The notes below the pieces were generated by a model. The model was not told the DNA's origin, made no database searches, and saw only the letters and a program-made list of their open reading frames with translations. The position numbers and the translations under genes are program-made. From Syncephalis fuscata S228 (lineage: Eukaryota > Fungi > Zoopagomycota), in assembly GCA_025786725.1 (NCBI GenBank), contig JAHLTZ010000049.1:1-64000 (forward strand): a DNA stretch of 64,000 nucleotides, in the 5' to 3' direction. Every line of letters begins with the position of its first letter. Position 1 is the stretch's first letter. Shown in pieces: positions 25,124 to 38,911 of this stretch.

Positions 25124-25989
25124 AGTAGCACTAATGAATTGAGCTCAACTCCACAGAAACAAAATAAAGGACAAAACAAACGTCAAAAATAGTAGGACCA
25201 AGCGTATGGTTTAACAAGCAAAATAAAAGTCGTTCCACGTTCCGGTCGTACTACTTTTATTTGTGATATGTGGTAAATAGCCGAAAGCTACAGTAAAAAC
25301 GTGAATAGAACGTTAGTCAAGGAGAAAGAACGCGGCAGTAGTTGTTGACATCAAACAATAAAAGAAAATCAAAGAGTGCGGGCCTATTTGTCGGTAAGTT
25401 GGAGGTTTTAGAATCCGCTCTGCTTCGGCTGCTATTTGTAGATATAGAACATCTTCCCCACAAGGACTACAGGTCACATTGAATCACGTGGGTCGAAAAC
25501 AGCGCCTTCCTTTAATTATCAGTGCTAAGACCAGGCCTTTTTGGCAAATTCTATTTCTTATTGCATTGTTCAACAATGTGGACTTGCTTTCTCTTATCAC
25601 GGAACGATAATCTTTTGGATAAGGAGCATTGTAGAATTTAGGTATAACGTGCAACTAGCATCAATGTGCAATCGTGCATAATGCTAACGCAATTGCATAT
25701 CAACGATAAACCATTCCGATAGTCTATTGTCCAATTATAGGTATGCGTCAGTTAGCATAGATGATTAGTTAATTTAATAATAAAAAGGAGCTATTGTACC
25801 TTGACTCACTATCCTTAAACTGAAGGATAAAAAGATCAATAGCCGAATGATAAACTGTCGATCAGTTTTTACTACTGAGAAGGGTTTGTTGGTGCAGTGT
25901 CATAGCAACCCCGATTGAATCAATTGAGTCTTAATTAATCTGCACTATTTTCAATATCCAATATTGGTGTTAATAAATAGTATAGTATT

Positions 25990-26200
25990 TCATGCTACTT
26001 ACAATAATATAATAAATAGATAAATGTTAATCCATATTATTGTTGCTGTAAAGTATTCAAAGCATTATAATTTGATGTTTAATGTCACTCACCACCCAGC
26101 TCCATGTTCAGTAGAACAACAAACGTGTAGCTCAATCAATAAAACATGTCAATTTTATCTTTTGACACTAAATCACATAAGTCTACTAATAAATTAATCC
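25990..26200 (+). repeat. Diverged fragment of the dispersed repeat (3' part)
   Basis: tgtcactcaccacccagctccatgttcagtaga resembles tgtcattcaccactcatcaccatgttcaataga at ~10865. Confidence 0.6.
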
Positions 26201-27019
26201 AATATTAGTAAGCTATTTTACTTTTACTCTGACATTTTTATTTATCCATTTCACCCCTTAACACTTTTAAATACAATTAAACACTCACGCATCACTATAA
26301 CATGTATAGTATTGCATCCAACATTAATCAACTCATGTGTAATTATCAATACAATAACGTAATTAAATATGCACAAAATGCAATACTAGAAAATTGGAAA
26401 ATGAAACAGACCATTCAAACGCAAGAATTCATGCTGTACGTAGATGCAATGACTGCGGAACGATATGAATCACAATTATATGGTTTCTATTGATATTCGT
26501 CAATCTTTCTACACATGGCCAACAATAATAATCGTCTCAAATGTTCCAAATAAATCAAATAGTATGTTACATTGTTTATTTAAATCAGTTTATTACAATA
26601 TTTTAATAGAAAGTAACATAACTATGTTGCGTATACAACGACATGAGTCTAATTGAAATGAATTGTGCTTTGGGACAGATGTAAAAGCTAAAGTAAAGTT
26701 CAATTAACTATATAGTGTAATTTAGCGCTAAACGACTACATTAAATAATATTAGTTTATTGAACTATACCTTCATTTTATTAAACATGAATCTGATGATA
26801 AGTGACATCAGTTATTAAATATTCTTTTTATAGAATTATGATATACTGGTATTTGATACCAAATATTTTTATTCTTTTAATTGATCTTTTAATATACTGA
26901 ATATGTTCTATATAATGAGTAGTTTTGGTGTCAAATGACCTTTATTCTTAATGCATATTGCTTCACTTGTTGTTCTATGATGTACGACATGTTGGGTAGA
27001 TTGGCTTTTATTATTTACA

Positions 27020-27500
27020 CTCCATTTATTAATCAATTAAACTAGCTGTTTATAAATATTAACTGACAGGGATCACATCTCACAATCTACATCATCACAT
27101 TTCCTTTCTCTTTCTTACACTTGACAGCATATATCTATTGCATATACTTGTACACTCTATATATGCTATTTACTTTATGTCCTTGCATTGCTCTTTTGTA
27201 ATCTGACCTTTTTACAAAGCATCTTTTCACTTCAATCATTGATATTGGCACTTTATTGACATGTTAAGTGCATTTCTGGCTTTGTTTATGCTATGTTAAA
27301 TAAGCGCCGTGCAAATCTCGTTGTATGCTTTGTTTTGCTATGGGTCGCCATTACAGGTCATCTGACAACGCTTTGCAATCTCAACAAAGGCAGTGTGGTT
27401 TACTACTATCGAGACGGACAGGCTGCTGTTAGCACGATTCATAGTGCAATCTATAGCAAAACTAAAGCATGCAATGACTTTGGCAACATGATTGCTGTAT
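27020..27500 (+). repeat. Copy of the dispersed repeat family
   Basis: Colinear with 10060-10570. Confidence 0.85.
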
Positions 27501-28886
27501 TAGCTGTATGTCCTGTTCCCTCTCCGCTGATTGTCTTATTCTTTGCTCTTTCCAACTCGAACAATCTCACTCATCAGTACTTTTTCTAAGCATTGTTGTT
27601 TTTGAGGCGCTATATTAGCCTTTTTGTTTTTACACTGCCTTTCCTGATCCAATATTGTGGCTGGTGCCAGTGTTTATGATGGATTGTTGCAGGTTATTCT
27701 TTTGCAACATATCCTACTAGTTTATATTGGAAACGCATCACTTTTTATTTATCAAACAAACATTGCTATGTTTTTATTCAATAAAACATGCCCAACAAGC
27801 ATAAACAAAATCATACAATTTACCGTGTATTTATGGCGTACATTCCAAAAAGACTTTACACTTATCGTTAAATGAAATGCCATGTTTTTATTCAGTTGCT
27901 TAGTAATCTACCTCATTCTATCTGTTCATCGCTAAGCTATTACTCTTACATTGTTTGGCCGTGTAGATTCAAAAGTAACATTACATTATCTGCTATAATC
28001 ATACTATTATACTTTGATTCAAACAATAGAAGCTTTTAAAATAAATTAAACTTAACACATAATAAAATATAACTAATAAACAGCATCATAGCCATTATAC
28101 TTATACTTATATCCTATCCACTATGGTAATGCCATTCTATCCTAGTCAAACATAGTGATTTTAATGACAAAGCTAAACAACTGTGATTTCAAAAGTTAAA
28201 AACAATGATCATTTTCAATAAAATATCTTATCGTAATGCTACCATTTTGATGTTATGTTTGTATTGCTATGACGATGTGACTATTGATAAACCGTGTTAT
28301 TAAACTAATTGTTAGCATCGCATGTAATGGCAATAATATATATATCAAATATGATACAATTAATAGCAATAAAAACACAATTACGATTATATGCTCAATA
28401 ATACTTGCTAGTTGTAAATGTGTGAGCAATCGTATTAAATAATACACTGTGTTAATGGTGCAGTACAGAACATCCAAGTATATATCGCTGACATATTATT
28501 TATTTGTGACATTTATTTATAAATGATAATCCATTGCTATTCTGCATTTATTTTGTTCATTAAAAGCAATAACTAAATACAATGCTGTTGAGTTTATGAC
28601 ATTTTAAACTTGTCTAAACTAATCACTTATAATATACTAGAGTCATTAGACAAACAAATAATCAATTTGCGCTAATAGTGCCAACATCAACAGAATTTTT
28701 TCAAAATAGATTATGCTATTTGATTGTATCTACATTAACAATGACAACCTTTTAAATATAAACTGTTTAGTCTGACTCAAATTCATGAGTAAATTAGTAA
28801 ACTAAAGACGATGGATTGTAATAAAAAACTTTTATTAATTAAAACTCTTGATCTGGTCTAGTTCTAATGTTATCCATTATTCTGTT

Positions 28887-29391
28887 TCAATTGTAGGTCG
28901 TTGCTTGTTTAGCATTTTGGGAGTCCTTTGGCAGTCTAACATTGCGACCAAAGTTTTGTGTCCAGTAAGTTCGACCGTTGCTGCCTAAAGCCATGCCACT
29001 GCCGAAATGCGTAGCATCGCTTAGTAAATTCCTGAGATGCCAGGTGAGTTGATCCAGCTGTTCATGACTTGCTCCATAGATGTCTGTCCGCTTGCGATGT
29101 TCTCGCTTGCACTGTTCCATCCGCCACCACTGGCAGAGCAGCGCTGCATTAAACCAGGCTCACCAGCAAACGAATGGCTCATCTGATTATTACGGGCTTG
29201 GAGTGCACTATGGTCCTGTGCAGCCTTGTTTAGGCCGACATAAACTGAAATGGTGGAAGCTTTTTTCCAGCGCGGAATTTGTTGACCAGGCAAATCATCT
29301 TTGTTGGATCGAAGCTAACCGGACCGGCGCTTACTTCGATCGCACTAGCGACGAATGCAGTAATCATAACAAGAGTAGTGAGGAATTGCAT
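28887..29391 (-). CDS. Secreted CAP/SCP-domain protein with two apparent frameshifts
   Basis: Signal peptide MQFLTTLVMITAFVASA, then MICLVNKFR, AAQDHS, MSHS, ENIASG, WINSPGH and YWTQNFG spread over three frames. Confidence 0.85.
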
Positions 29392-30996
29392 GATGATAAT
29401 GTTCGTAAGTTTGAAAGTTGTGTGTAACATTCGTGAGTTTAGTTGGTTGATCAGACTAGCTGTAATCAATGGCGTAAAGATAATGGCGTAAAGATGATGG
29501 CGTAATTCGTTGCAGAAGCTGTTGCTTTGAGGTGCTGGATCAATCATTGGCCATATACACCGCCGAGTATTTATATTCAGTATTATATTGACAAATGCTA
29601 AAATATGTTTCATGATTATAACCATGACCAAGGGTGTTCTTTTTTAGGTCTTGAATGATGGAATAAACAGCATCTCCAAGCACACCATGCTAAAACATAC
29701 CTGTCCTTAATGGCTCTTACTTTGTGTTTCATGTAGTAACCAACTATCCCATTTTTATCAAAATCGCACCTTCTATGCATTATGTCGCTACAATTTGCCA
29801 ACTATACTTGTATGCTATAAATTGTTTTTATTCTTAAAAAAAGTGATTTGTTAACAAATATACCAGCACACCGATTAATGTGCTATATTGCAGAACTGAT
29901 TTTACTGATTATAGCACACTGCATGTTTCATATTCTTGCACGATACAAGTTTGTGCTTGCTTTATTGCATCAAAGTTTTGACCCAACCTTTGCGGTACTA
30001 ATTTGAAGTTTCATGCACTGCCGTATTACCGATTATAATCTGTGATTTCATTGCACCAGCGATAAGGCCAAGACCCATAAAAACTTTTGATTGTTTGGTA
30101 CAATATCGCTATAACTCATGATATCGATTTAATGAAGTCGTACTTATTATGTATATATCAGTCCAAGGCGTTGTAGTAGACCAGCAGGCAAATGATTGGA
30201 TAATAAATCAATGCTGCTATAAATACGAACGCTTCACGTGCAATGCAAACACAATGCTGCTAGCAACTACAGCGAATCCAATTGTTAAACATGCCAAACT
30301 TGAACATCAAATTGACAAAACGTGCTAATGTTTCAATTTTTGTCTACAATTTGCCTGCTGATAAACCATATTGCATAATTTATCGTATTGTAGGCATAAA
30401 CCACGGCTATACAAGTAGTAGAGATAAATGATTTATTAATACTTGTGCTGGAGAACTAACAAAAAACCTTACTTGCATTACCGAGAATAATAAAAAAAAT
30501 AGTCTTAAACATATCATCGATAGTGCCGCCAAAAACTTCAATCGATACGCTTCTGTCATAAAGTATCTATATTTAATAGCTGCACTGTCAATATTCTATT
30601 TACACATTGTGCTCATCGTTAATATCAAACAGCTTTTGACAGTTGGCAATCAAATCGGCAATACTCAACTACAAACAGAAATGCCAGCAGCACATTCAAC
30701 TGTAGATCCTCATTTCAAATAATAGCTACACTGGTGATGTTAATGTTCTGGCACAATGTGTAATAGTCATGAGCATTGTAAAATGACAGTATCGGTTATT
30801 GTTACTACAGATGCACATTATAAAATTTGGTATTTAATATTTCTAATAACTATGCCATCCTAACTTGTAATATTTGTTATTTCTAATGGCTATAGCAAAC
30901 TCGAAATGTGCCATTTGTGTTTTAATACCTATTACCATCATAAAATGTGAATTAAAAACAATAGTAATCGTTTAATTAATAAAATGCTAAAGCTAC

Positions 30997-31788
30997 GTAT
31001 AACTTTACGTATAATAAAGCAAATTGCTTGATATTTTGCACAAGTGTGCGTATAACATGTAAGTAGCTACTGGCAACGTATACCGTTATTGTATTGTGTG
31101 ATGGTGTAATAATTATAATAATACGCTAATAAATGTGCAAAAATGGCAGTTTTTAGTCATTTATGGCTTGTATAAACAAACTACAGCAAAATGATTGCCA
31201 GATTCGAGTTCCCCGTGCTTGGCTGTATCGTTTGGTATGACTTATAGAACAATGATTTTTGCAAAAAAATTAACCAAAAATACGATTTACGTAAATATTT
31301 ATTAACAAAAAGATGATTAAACTTTATGATTTCAAAATTAATATTAAAAATTAAATGAAATTAAATAAATTTGAAACTCTCTAAAATACTATAACAACCA
31401 CAATAACAAGTTAATATGAACAAATACCGATATACAGTGGTAATCTATGCTATTGATATACATATAGCTTAAATTTTTGTTAACTATTTACACGTAAATT
31501 GTATTTTTGGCTAACATTTTTTGCAAAAATAATTGCTCTATAAGTCATACCAAACGATACAGCCAAGCACGGGGAACTCGAATCTGGCAATCATTTTGCT
31601 GTATTTTGTTTATACAAGCCATAAATGACTAAAAACTGCCATTTTTGCACATTTATTAGTGTATTATTATAATTATTACACCATCACACGATACAATAAC
31701 GATATACGTTGCCAGTAGCTACTTACATGTTATACGCACACTTGTGCAAAATATCAAGCAATTTGCTTTATTATACATGAAGTTATAC
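30997..31788. mobile_element. Foldback element with ~315-bp terminal inverted repeats and ~160-bp AT-rich spacer
   Basis: 30997-31310 is the near-perfect reverse complement of ~31475-31788. Non-coding. Confidence 0.9.
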
Positions 31789-32347
31789 TTAGTATTGTTA
31801 CAACACCAGTAATGTGATGATGTAACGTTGATTAAGCAATCAGGGGAAGAAAGGAAACCAAACAATGTAATTTATTCAAATATTATAATAATAATTCAAT
31901 AAAGTAATTGCTATAAATATTATGTAACTTTAACCTTTAATGGCAGCTCAAATCAGTAGAGTTATAACAGAAGCTGCAACTGTATAATTATGACAATAAC
32001 TATAATAAATAATAAAATTTATATTTATTGTAATTTGGCCAACAGTATTACGTATTTATAATATTGCCGGAGCTCTAATGAAAGCACATAGCATAGAATG
32101 TGTTATAAGAGTGAATGTAGTCACAATAAATGCAACGAAGCTTAATTAAAATTCCGTTGATTTATGTAATTTAGCAAATAATAACAGTATTTTAGCGCTC
32201 TACTAATTAATTATTATTGCTTTTAACTTAAATACCCTGTATTCTATCATTTAACTACATTAAATTGCATTTTACTAATATTATATATTGCTATAGTATT
32301 GACGCGTTATTTCCCGTTTAAATCTGTAAAATAGCATTATTTATATT

Positions 32348-32850
32348 TCATTTATTAATAATTAAACTTGGCTGTTTATAAATATTGACTGCAGGCTCAA
32401 TCTCACAATCTACGTCATCACATTTTCTTTTTTTTCTTTACACTTGACAGCATATATCATTGCATATACTTGTATACTCCATATATACATCTAAATAGTG
32501 TCAGTAGTTAACTACTAGTTAAATACAAACATTATTTACATACTCTCTTACATTGCTCTTTTGTGATCTTACCTTCATCACTCTAATCATTAGTATTAAT
32601 ATTCTTGGTGACATAGTAATGCATCTTTGACTTTGTTTTATGTTATATTGAATATGTAACTGTCAAAGCTCGCTGTATACTTTGTTTTTGCTATGGAATG
32701 TCATTGCAGGTTATCTGGCAATGACCTTCAATCTCAACAGTGGTAGTGTGTTCTGCTACTACAGAGATTTTGCAGTATTTTATTAGCACGATTTGCAATA
32801 AAGATCTATGACAAACTAACGAACACAGCAGTTTCGGCAACATGTAGACT
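32348..32850 (+). repeat. Copy of the dispersed repeat family
   Basis: Colinear with 10062-10570. Confidence 0.85.
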
Positions 32851-33480
32851 GTATGCTATTCTAGATTTATGACTGCTATATACTAGTATATGTGCTAAAG
32901 TATATATATGAAAAACGAACGGTAATTAACATTAAATTGATAACTTTTATGGTTTATTGTTGCTATAATATAATCAATTAATAAATAAATAAACATTAGT
33001 TTATATTATTATTGTTACAGTAGAGTATTCAAGACACTACATTTTGAGTATTAATAAATTTATTACTCAATTTATGTTCAATAGAATGAATATAAAATCC
33101 AGCTACGTGAATGTTATTAATATAGTATTTTACACCGAATCACAATATAATAAAATAAAATTACTGAAGCGGTCTGTGATATATCATAATATAATTGTTA
33201 TAGGCCTAGCCGACTTTTATGTGTAATCGCATCCTTGTAGCATAGGCAATGGGCGTCTATTCCATCTGATTCTTGGAATATCGGTTCAGATTTACGTAGC
33301 AAATGTGTTTTTTGACCAATTATAAATGTGGATCACTGACGAATTTAATACAATCTCACAATTGACTTCACATTACCGACTTATATTTTTGCATATTTAC
33401 TACTGCGATTACTATTTCGATTTTGTTTATTCTTTGCAACAAACACTTTGCTATTCGCTTTTCAAACATAATCCACCGCA

Positions 33481-35682
33481 ATGGCGGACCAGCAAGTAAG
33501 TTAATAGTAAATGGCCAATCTATACCAATACATTCTCTGTTTATTAGGAGGTGGGTATGTTCAATGAAGATTCTGCCTCGGCGTCTACCAGTGCAGCAAC
33601 TGGTACAGATAGGATAGATTCAGGCGGTGCATCGTTTGCCACCGGTCAGGATGGCACGACTACAAACGCCGATGAGCGAAAACGTAAAGGCGAATCTAGT
33701 GCGCATCCAATGATGCCAGCACCAAAAAAAGTCCATACTGGATCGACATCAGATATGCAACCGCGACAAATACCTATTCACTCACAAATGCGCCAATTTC
33801 TTGCACCTAATGGAGGATTAGCCTATAGCGCAGATATGGATAGTTTTCGTAAATTAATGAAGAAAGAACAGCTGTTTGATAACCAGGCCTTCTTCACTAA
33901 TGTTTTGCTTAAAACGAACAACCAAACGATGCTAGATGCGTAAGTAATCTATTTGATAGCCATCAAGTAATTAAATAATAGCCAATGCTCTATTAGATTT
34001 GTGCGTAGTGAAGGATTGTTGGTAACGCGCAGTTGGTTATTACGTGCACGCAAGGAAAACAATGATAAATTGATGAAAAAGCTTTTTGAGGTATTTAGAC
34101 CGTTTAGATAATAAGAAAGGTATTTTATTAACAAATAGGTATCAAGCTCTACCATCATCTGCCTATGAATATTGAAACGCTTAAAGATTCACAGATTGGA
34201 AAGATTACACGTCACATCAGTGTGAACTATAATAGCGATGGTATGTTGTTTAGAGTATTTATCGAATAAATGAAGCTAATAAGCGTTAATTTAGAGATTA
34301 AGCAACTTGCTAGCACTTTGATTTCTGCGTGGAGTAAGTCATTTCCACAGCTTTGTAAGTTACCAGTTATATAGATGTTCAAATAAATAATTAGTGTTTA
34401 ATTAGCGTCCGGTGCACCATCACGTACTACACCAGAACCAACACCAGTACCCATTGCATCAAATGCTACTGGTAATTATAATGCTAAAATACAGCTGTCC
34501 AATACTAACTATAGCTGTAGATTCCATTACTGATATTACCGCCATTACACCGGACACTATCAGACCGATGGATATGACACCGGCAATAACAACAGCAGCA
34601 GAAAAAGCAGCAGTCCGACGTCCAGTGATTACACGTCGTACGGAGGCCAATGTGGAAACAGCAGTCGCCAACAGTGCAGGAATTAACGTAACATCCCCTG
34701 CTATTAAAAAGCCCGAAGGCAATACGCCAATCATTTCTATTCTCAAACAAACAAGAGCTGAAGTGTTTTCCGAAGGTATGCCAGAACTAGCGCCAGTAAA
34801 TACGAAGCCAAAGAAAAATGTTCGATTTTTGCCGGATGAACAGCTAGTGTCTATCAGAGAAATTGAATTTCATCCCAATGAACGAGCGTATACAGGCCGT
34901 ATTCCCGATGGACAAGGTGGACATATACCTAATCCGCGTGCACTTGATGTAGCTGAAGGAAAAATTGTATTCCAAGAACGTAGTATGCATCTAAGACCCA
35001 CTGGTGTTTGGCGAACGCCGATAGGTACGTCAAATGTGCTGGATAAACATAATGGCTAATGTGAGATTAGAGTTGGAATTGACGATAGAATTGCCATTTG
35101 GCCGTGATAGCATGGAAAAGAATATACAAAGCGAAAGAGAGAGATCAACATTGGCAGCTTTATATGGCTCACCTGATATGATTCCAGACTCACCGGCTGA
35201 ACCAGCTAGCGAAACAGCGTCCACTAATATGGATGTCGATTATACAGATAATCTTATTGGCAATGGACCGACGCCTAAAACAATTTCCTGGGCGATGCTT
35301 GAAGATATGAACACAGTATGTTGTTGACTTTGTACTATTAGATTAATAATAACTATTGTATAACAGAATGAAGATGAAGACGACGATGATGAAGACGACG
35401 ACGATGATGATTTATCGGATGTAGCTAGACAGTTTATTCAATTGCTTTATAGTCAATTACCGCCGGCTACTAACCAATTGCCTGCGGAAACATCTAATGC
35501 TTCTACCGCTTACGGTTTAGACCCTCATAGTCTTGCGTCGTTATTAACACAAAATCCAGTGTAAGTACATAGATTACTCAAAGATGAATCAATGGATGTT
35601 AATATTAATCAATAGATTGGCTCAACAGCTATTACATAGCCAACCCGAATTAACTGCTATGCTACGTTCATCTTTACAATAA
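33481..35682 (+). CDS. PNUTS/PPP1R10 (Ppn1/Ref2-like) PP1 regulatory subunit with TFIIS-N-like domain, multi-exon
   Basis: LYHLPMNIETLKDSQIGKI...ASTLISAW (TFIIS-N), SILK motif (ISILK), RVxF motif (KKNVRF...LVSIREIE), WRTP, QSERERSTLAALY...IPDSPAEP. Confidence 0.75.
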
Positions 35683-35774
35683 ATTTGTTTTTTTGTTATT
35701 ATTTATTAGTATTTTCACAAATGTCGTAGCTAATATGCTATAATTAATATAACTAAAGCTTGAAGGAAGGAAGG

Positions 35775-35870
35775 CTTACCAGCATCTATGGTTTATCAGC
35801 AATAACCTGCGGCAAATATCGGATCGCCGCTGATTCAATATCCGCCACAGACTGATATGGTAAATTCAAT
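35775..35870 (-). ncRNA. Candidate Fanzor omegaRNA scaffold hairpin (copy 2)
   Basis: Same nested stem-loop as 42598-42686. Confidence 0.55.
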
Positions 35871-36130
35871 TTCAGCACCAATACTATGTTCCAATTTCAC
35901 TAATCTTTAACAATTTTTTGTGTATGCACCTGTAATAGATGATAGTGTTATATAAATTGAATTAAACTAAATCGTATTCAAATTAAATACTGTAAATTTT
36001 ATGACAATTAACAACTAGACGTTTCATGGCATTGATAGGGACAAGGATTGGCAAGTTGTCACACCATATGTTGATTTATGATCAATACAGTGTAGACATG
36101 TATCAAAGTACTGGCATTTTGTATGTAGTT
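35775..36130 (-). mobile_element. Second, strongly decayed Fanzor 3' remnant with a conserved terminal block
   Basis: Minus-strand remnants TCLHC...LANPCPYQ...KRLVVNCHKI, then an intron-like gt...tattacag, then 163 nt nearly identical to 42524-42686. Confidence 0.75.
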
Positions 36131-36787
36131 GTCAGCTAATATGTGGCCAAAATTGCTGACTCATATGGCCTTTACTTGCATAACATAATCAACGAGCGGT
36201 ATGTGCATAAATTGGATAAAGATTATCCGGCATTCCCTTTAAAAAAATAACATCCGACTAACCATCATGCGGTGCAATAGATCGCTCATGGAGTGTTGCT
36301 AGATCCACAAGTCTATTAGACATAGTATAACTAAGGCTTGAGCGAAGGAAGGCTGCACTGGCCACTTGCCGCATGATCATAGTAATGTGGTTTGCTATAA
36401 ATAAATCTTTTGAGTTAAAAGAAATATCAAGTGGATTGGTTTGTTAAGTATTTTGGTATGCACAACCAGCTCTCTTCTATTTGTTATTGAACCTATAACA
36501 TTCCTCCTTTAAATCGAGATATTTAAAGCAGCAGTATCAAGCAAATGTACTACTTTCTATTAGCTATTTGTTATTATTCCTTTCTCAACACTTTGTGCTC
36601 GCTTTTTGTATAACTTTAATCATCTTCAGCAAATATTCTATTGTTTCTGTTTATTATTAAGACGATTTAATAATACTGAATTATTGTAAAGTGTTTCTTG
36701 ACACCATCCTATTACTGCATTGATATCTATTAATTGTATTTGGCCAGCTGCCGGCTTTATTGCCAAGAATAAACAAAGCTAGCTATT

Positions 36788-37863
36788 ATGGCAACTCACC
36801 CTCTTGATCGTCTTGCTATGTTAGGCGAGGAGTGGAAAGTTAATGCCACTCGCCAGTGGAATATACTGCTTCATCCGCTTGGCGAGTTAAATGCGGGCGA
36901 TTATATCTTTCAAGCAAGCGACAACGTCGAAGAAATGCGCCAGCGATCACGCGGTGTCTACATGCAGCTATTTATTAATGTCATTGTTTTCTACATCTTT
37001 ACGCGCAATTTCGTTCATTCAGCCAAAATGCTTTGCACGCGTTGCAATTCGGTCCCAAATTGGTGCTGTATCATTCAAACACTTGCAGGATTGGTTTTTT
37101 CTGCATTTTCTTTATCGCTCGTTCTTCCTGGTGGTGCATCGTGTCGAACGACTATGTGGTGCGTCGCAGTCTGCTTTGTCTGTAGTACGCTTTGCACAAG
37201 CACTGCATTACTGCATAAAGCATTTCTAGCTCATGGCCGTCACGCAGGATTACTGGTTCTTGGTATCTTGCTAATGTTACCGCAGCCGTATATTATCTAT
37301 GTGATGTGGAGCAGTCCTACCACTGTAGACGGATCGATCGGCTGTCTCCTTCATTATCCAGCTTCCTTTCCATGGATCAAGTTTGGGATGGATGCGCCAC
37401 TGAATATTATTTTTTCAATCGCCTTTCTCATCGTAATCCACCAGCATTACAAACAGTTTGGCTCCTCTGCATGGGGAGAACTAATACGTAATGGAACGCA
37501 AACCATGTGCTATATTATTATTTCCAATATTGTATGTATGACACTTGCCGCTTTTGAAATTGCTGGCCTATTTTCGGAAATGTTTTTTGTTTTTGACTGG
37601 TAAGTATGGTGTGCCATATATGATCGTCTTGCTGATTGCCATTTAAAAGGATTATTACATCATTTCTACTTGTCCAGCATTGTGAAACTTTTCATAATCA
37701 GTCTAATTTATCGATGAAACCAAAAACTATTGCTATTTTACAAGGCTTTTCTCAAATTATTACCGCAATAACTCAGGTAGGATCTGAGAAAAAACCGTCG
37801 AATCAATACACAGATACAGAAGGGCTGACACAATGCGAGGATAAATCAGTAAATTTGGTATAG
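36788..37863 (+). CDS. Lineage-expanded 7TM/GPCR-like membrane protein
   Basis: 271-aa ORF with six to seven hydrophobic segments, intron 37600-37649, last exon to 37863. Paralog of 19637-20622. Confidence 0.85.
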
Positions 37864-38052
37864 ATATTTAATAAATTTATCCTTTTATCCTTTTATTCGG
37901 TTATTTGTTTGTCTTTATATTTGTCTTGCTGCTACTTTTTAATAAACATTATGCAAACTTGCTTAATACAGTTATTTAAAACAAACGTTACAGTAATGAA
38001 ATTTATTTAAATTAATTATTGGCATACTACTTAAGCAAACGACAATGTATGT

Positions 38053-38911
38053 TTACATGGTCTTTTGCATTTTTTGTATACGTTCGACCCATTCATTCAC
38101 AGACTTGGACATGTCGAGGTTATTAGAGGGATGTTCGGCCGCATCACGAATTTGGTCGGCAATCCGATACAGGTTATGGTTTTTAACAATGCTAGCTACA
38201 GCTCGTGTATGGATATCGAACCTATGCAGACTGGCTGATGTAAAATCTTTAGATTTGGCAATTCGGCTACCAACGTCGGCTAGTGTTGTAAGCTGCTCAT
38301 TACGCTCACTAAAATTACGTTAAATTAGCAAAAAGACTGGGCTATATACAGGTTTCCACTTACATCGGTGGTATTCTGAGAAATCGGGTAAACTGTTCAA
38401 TGGTCCATATGTTCACTGGGTTGCCGCGAAATAATGGTTCCAAATTTAGATATAGTGACACCAGTGCATCTACAGATTTATACGTTTTGTCTATGCCCAT
38501 AACTTGTTGCAGCTTTGATGATATGACTTGCACCAAGTTTTTAGCGCTTCTAACACCACTTCCTTGGCCGCGTGTATCCAGCCACTCATTGAGCAATCCG
38601 ATTTGACGCAAACTATCGTCAGTTGAGCCAGAATGCTGGATTGCATAGCTTATTTGTGCATGGGCGATTCTATCCTCGTCGACAACGCCTGGAGTACCGC
38701 CATTAACATAGCGGTCGTTTTGTAAAAAGCTTTCGATTGCCGGAGCCACACTAGCACCCGTTGATTCTTTATAATTATTTAAAAAGTTGGTGTAGGATGT
38801 GACAACACTTCCACCGCCTGCTGCGCCATTAGAGCCGGTAGTGGCAGTAGCAGCAGCTATGCTTGCTGATAAAAAGCAAACAACATTAGCAACCGAAAGA
38901 AAGTAACGCAT
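38053..38911 (-). CDS. Secreted protein of unknown function (effector-like), 2 exons
   Basis: Signal peptide MRYFLSVANVVCFLSASIAAA. Intron ~38362-38309; the second exon is open to the stop at 38053. Confidence 0.8.

Noticed and set aside
26302-26656. Two short overlapping ORFs
   Set aside because: No recognisable motif, AT-rich, no clear gene structure.
30050-30800. Possible decayed membrane-protein gene on the minus strand
   Set aside because: Only short hydrophobic fragments between stops, and no family could be assigned.
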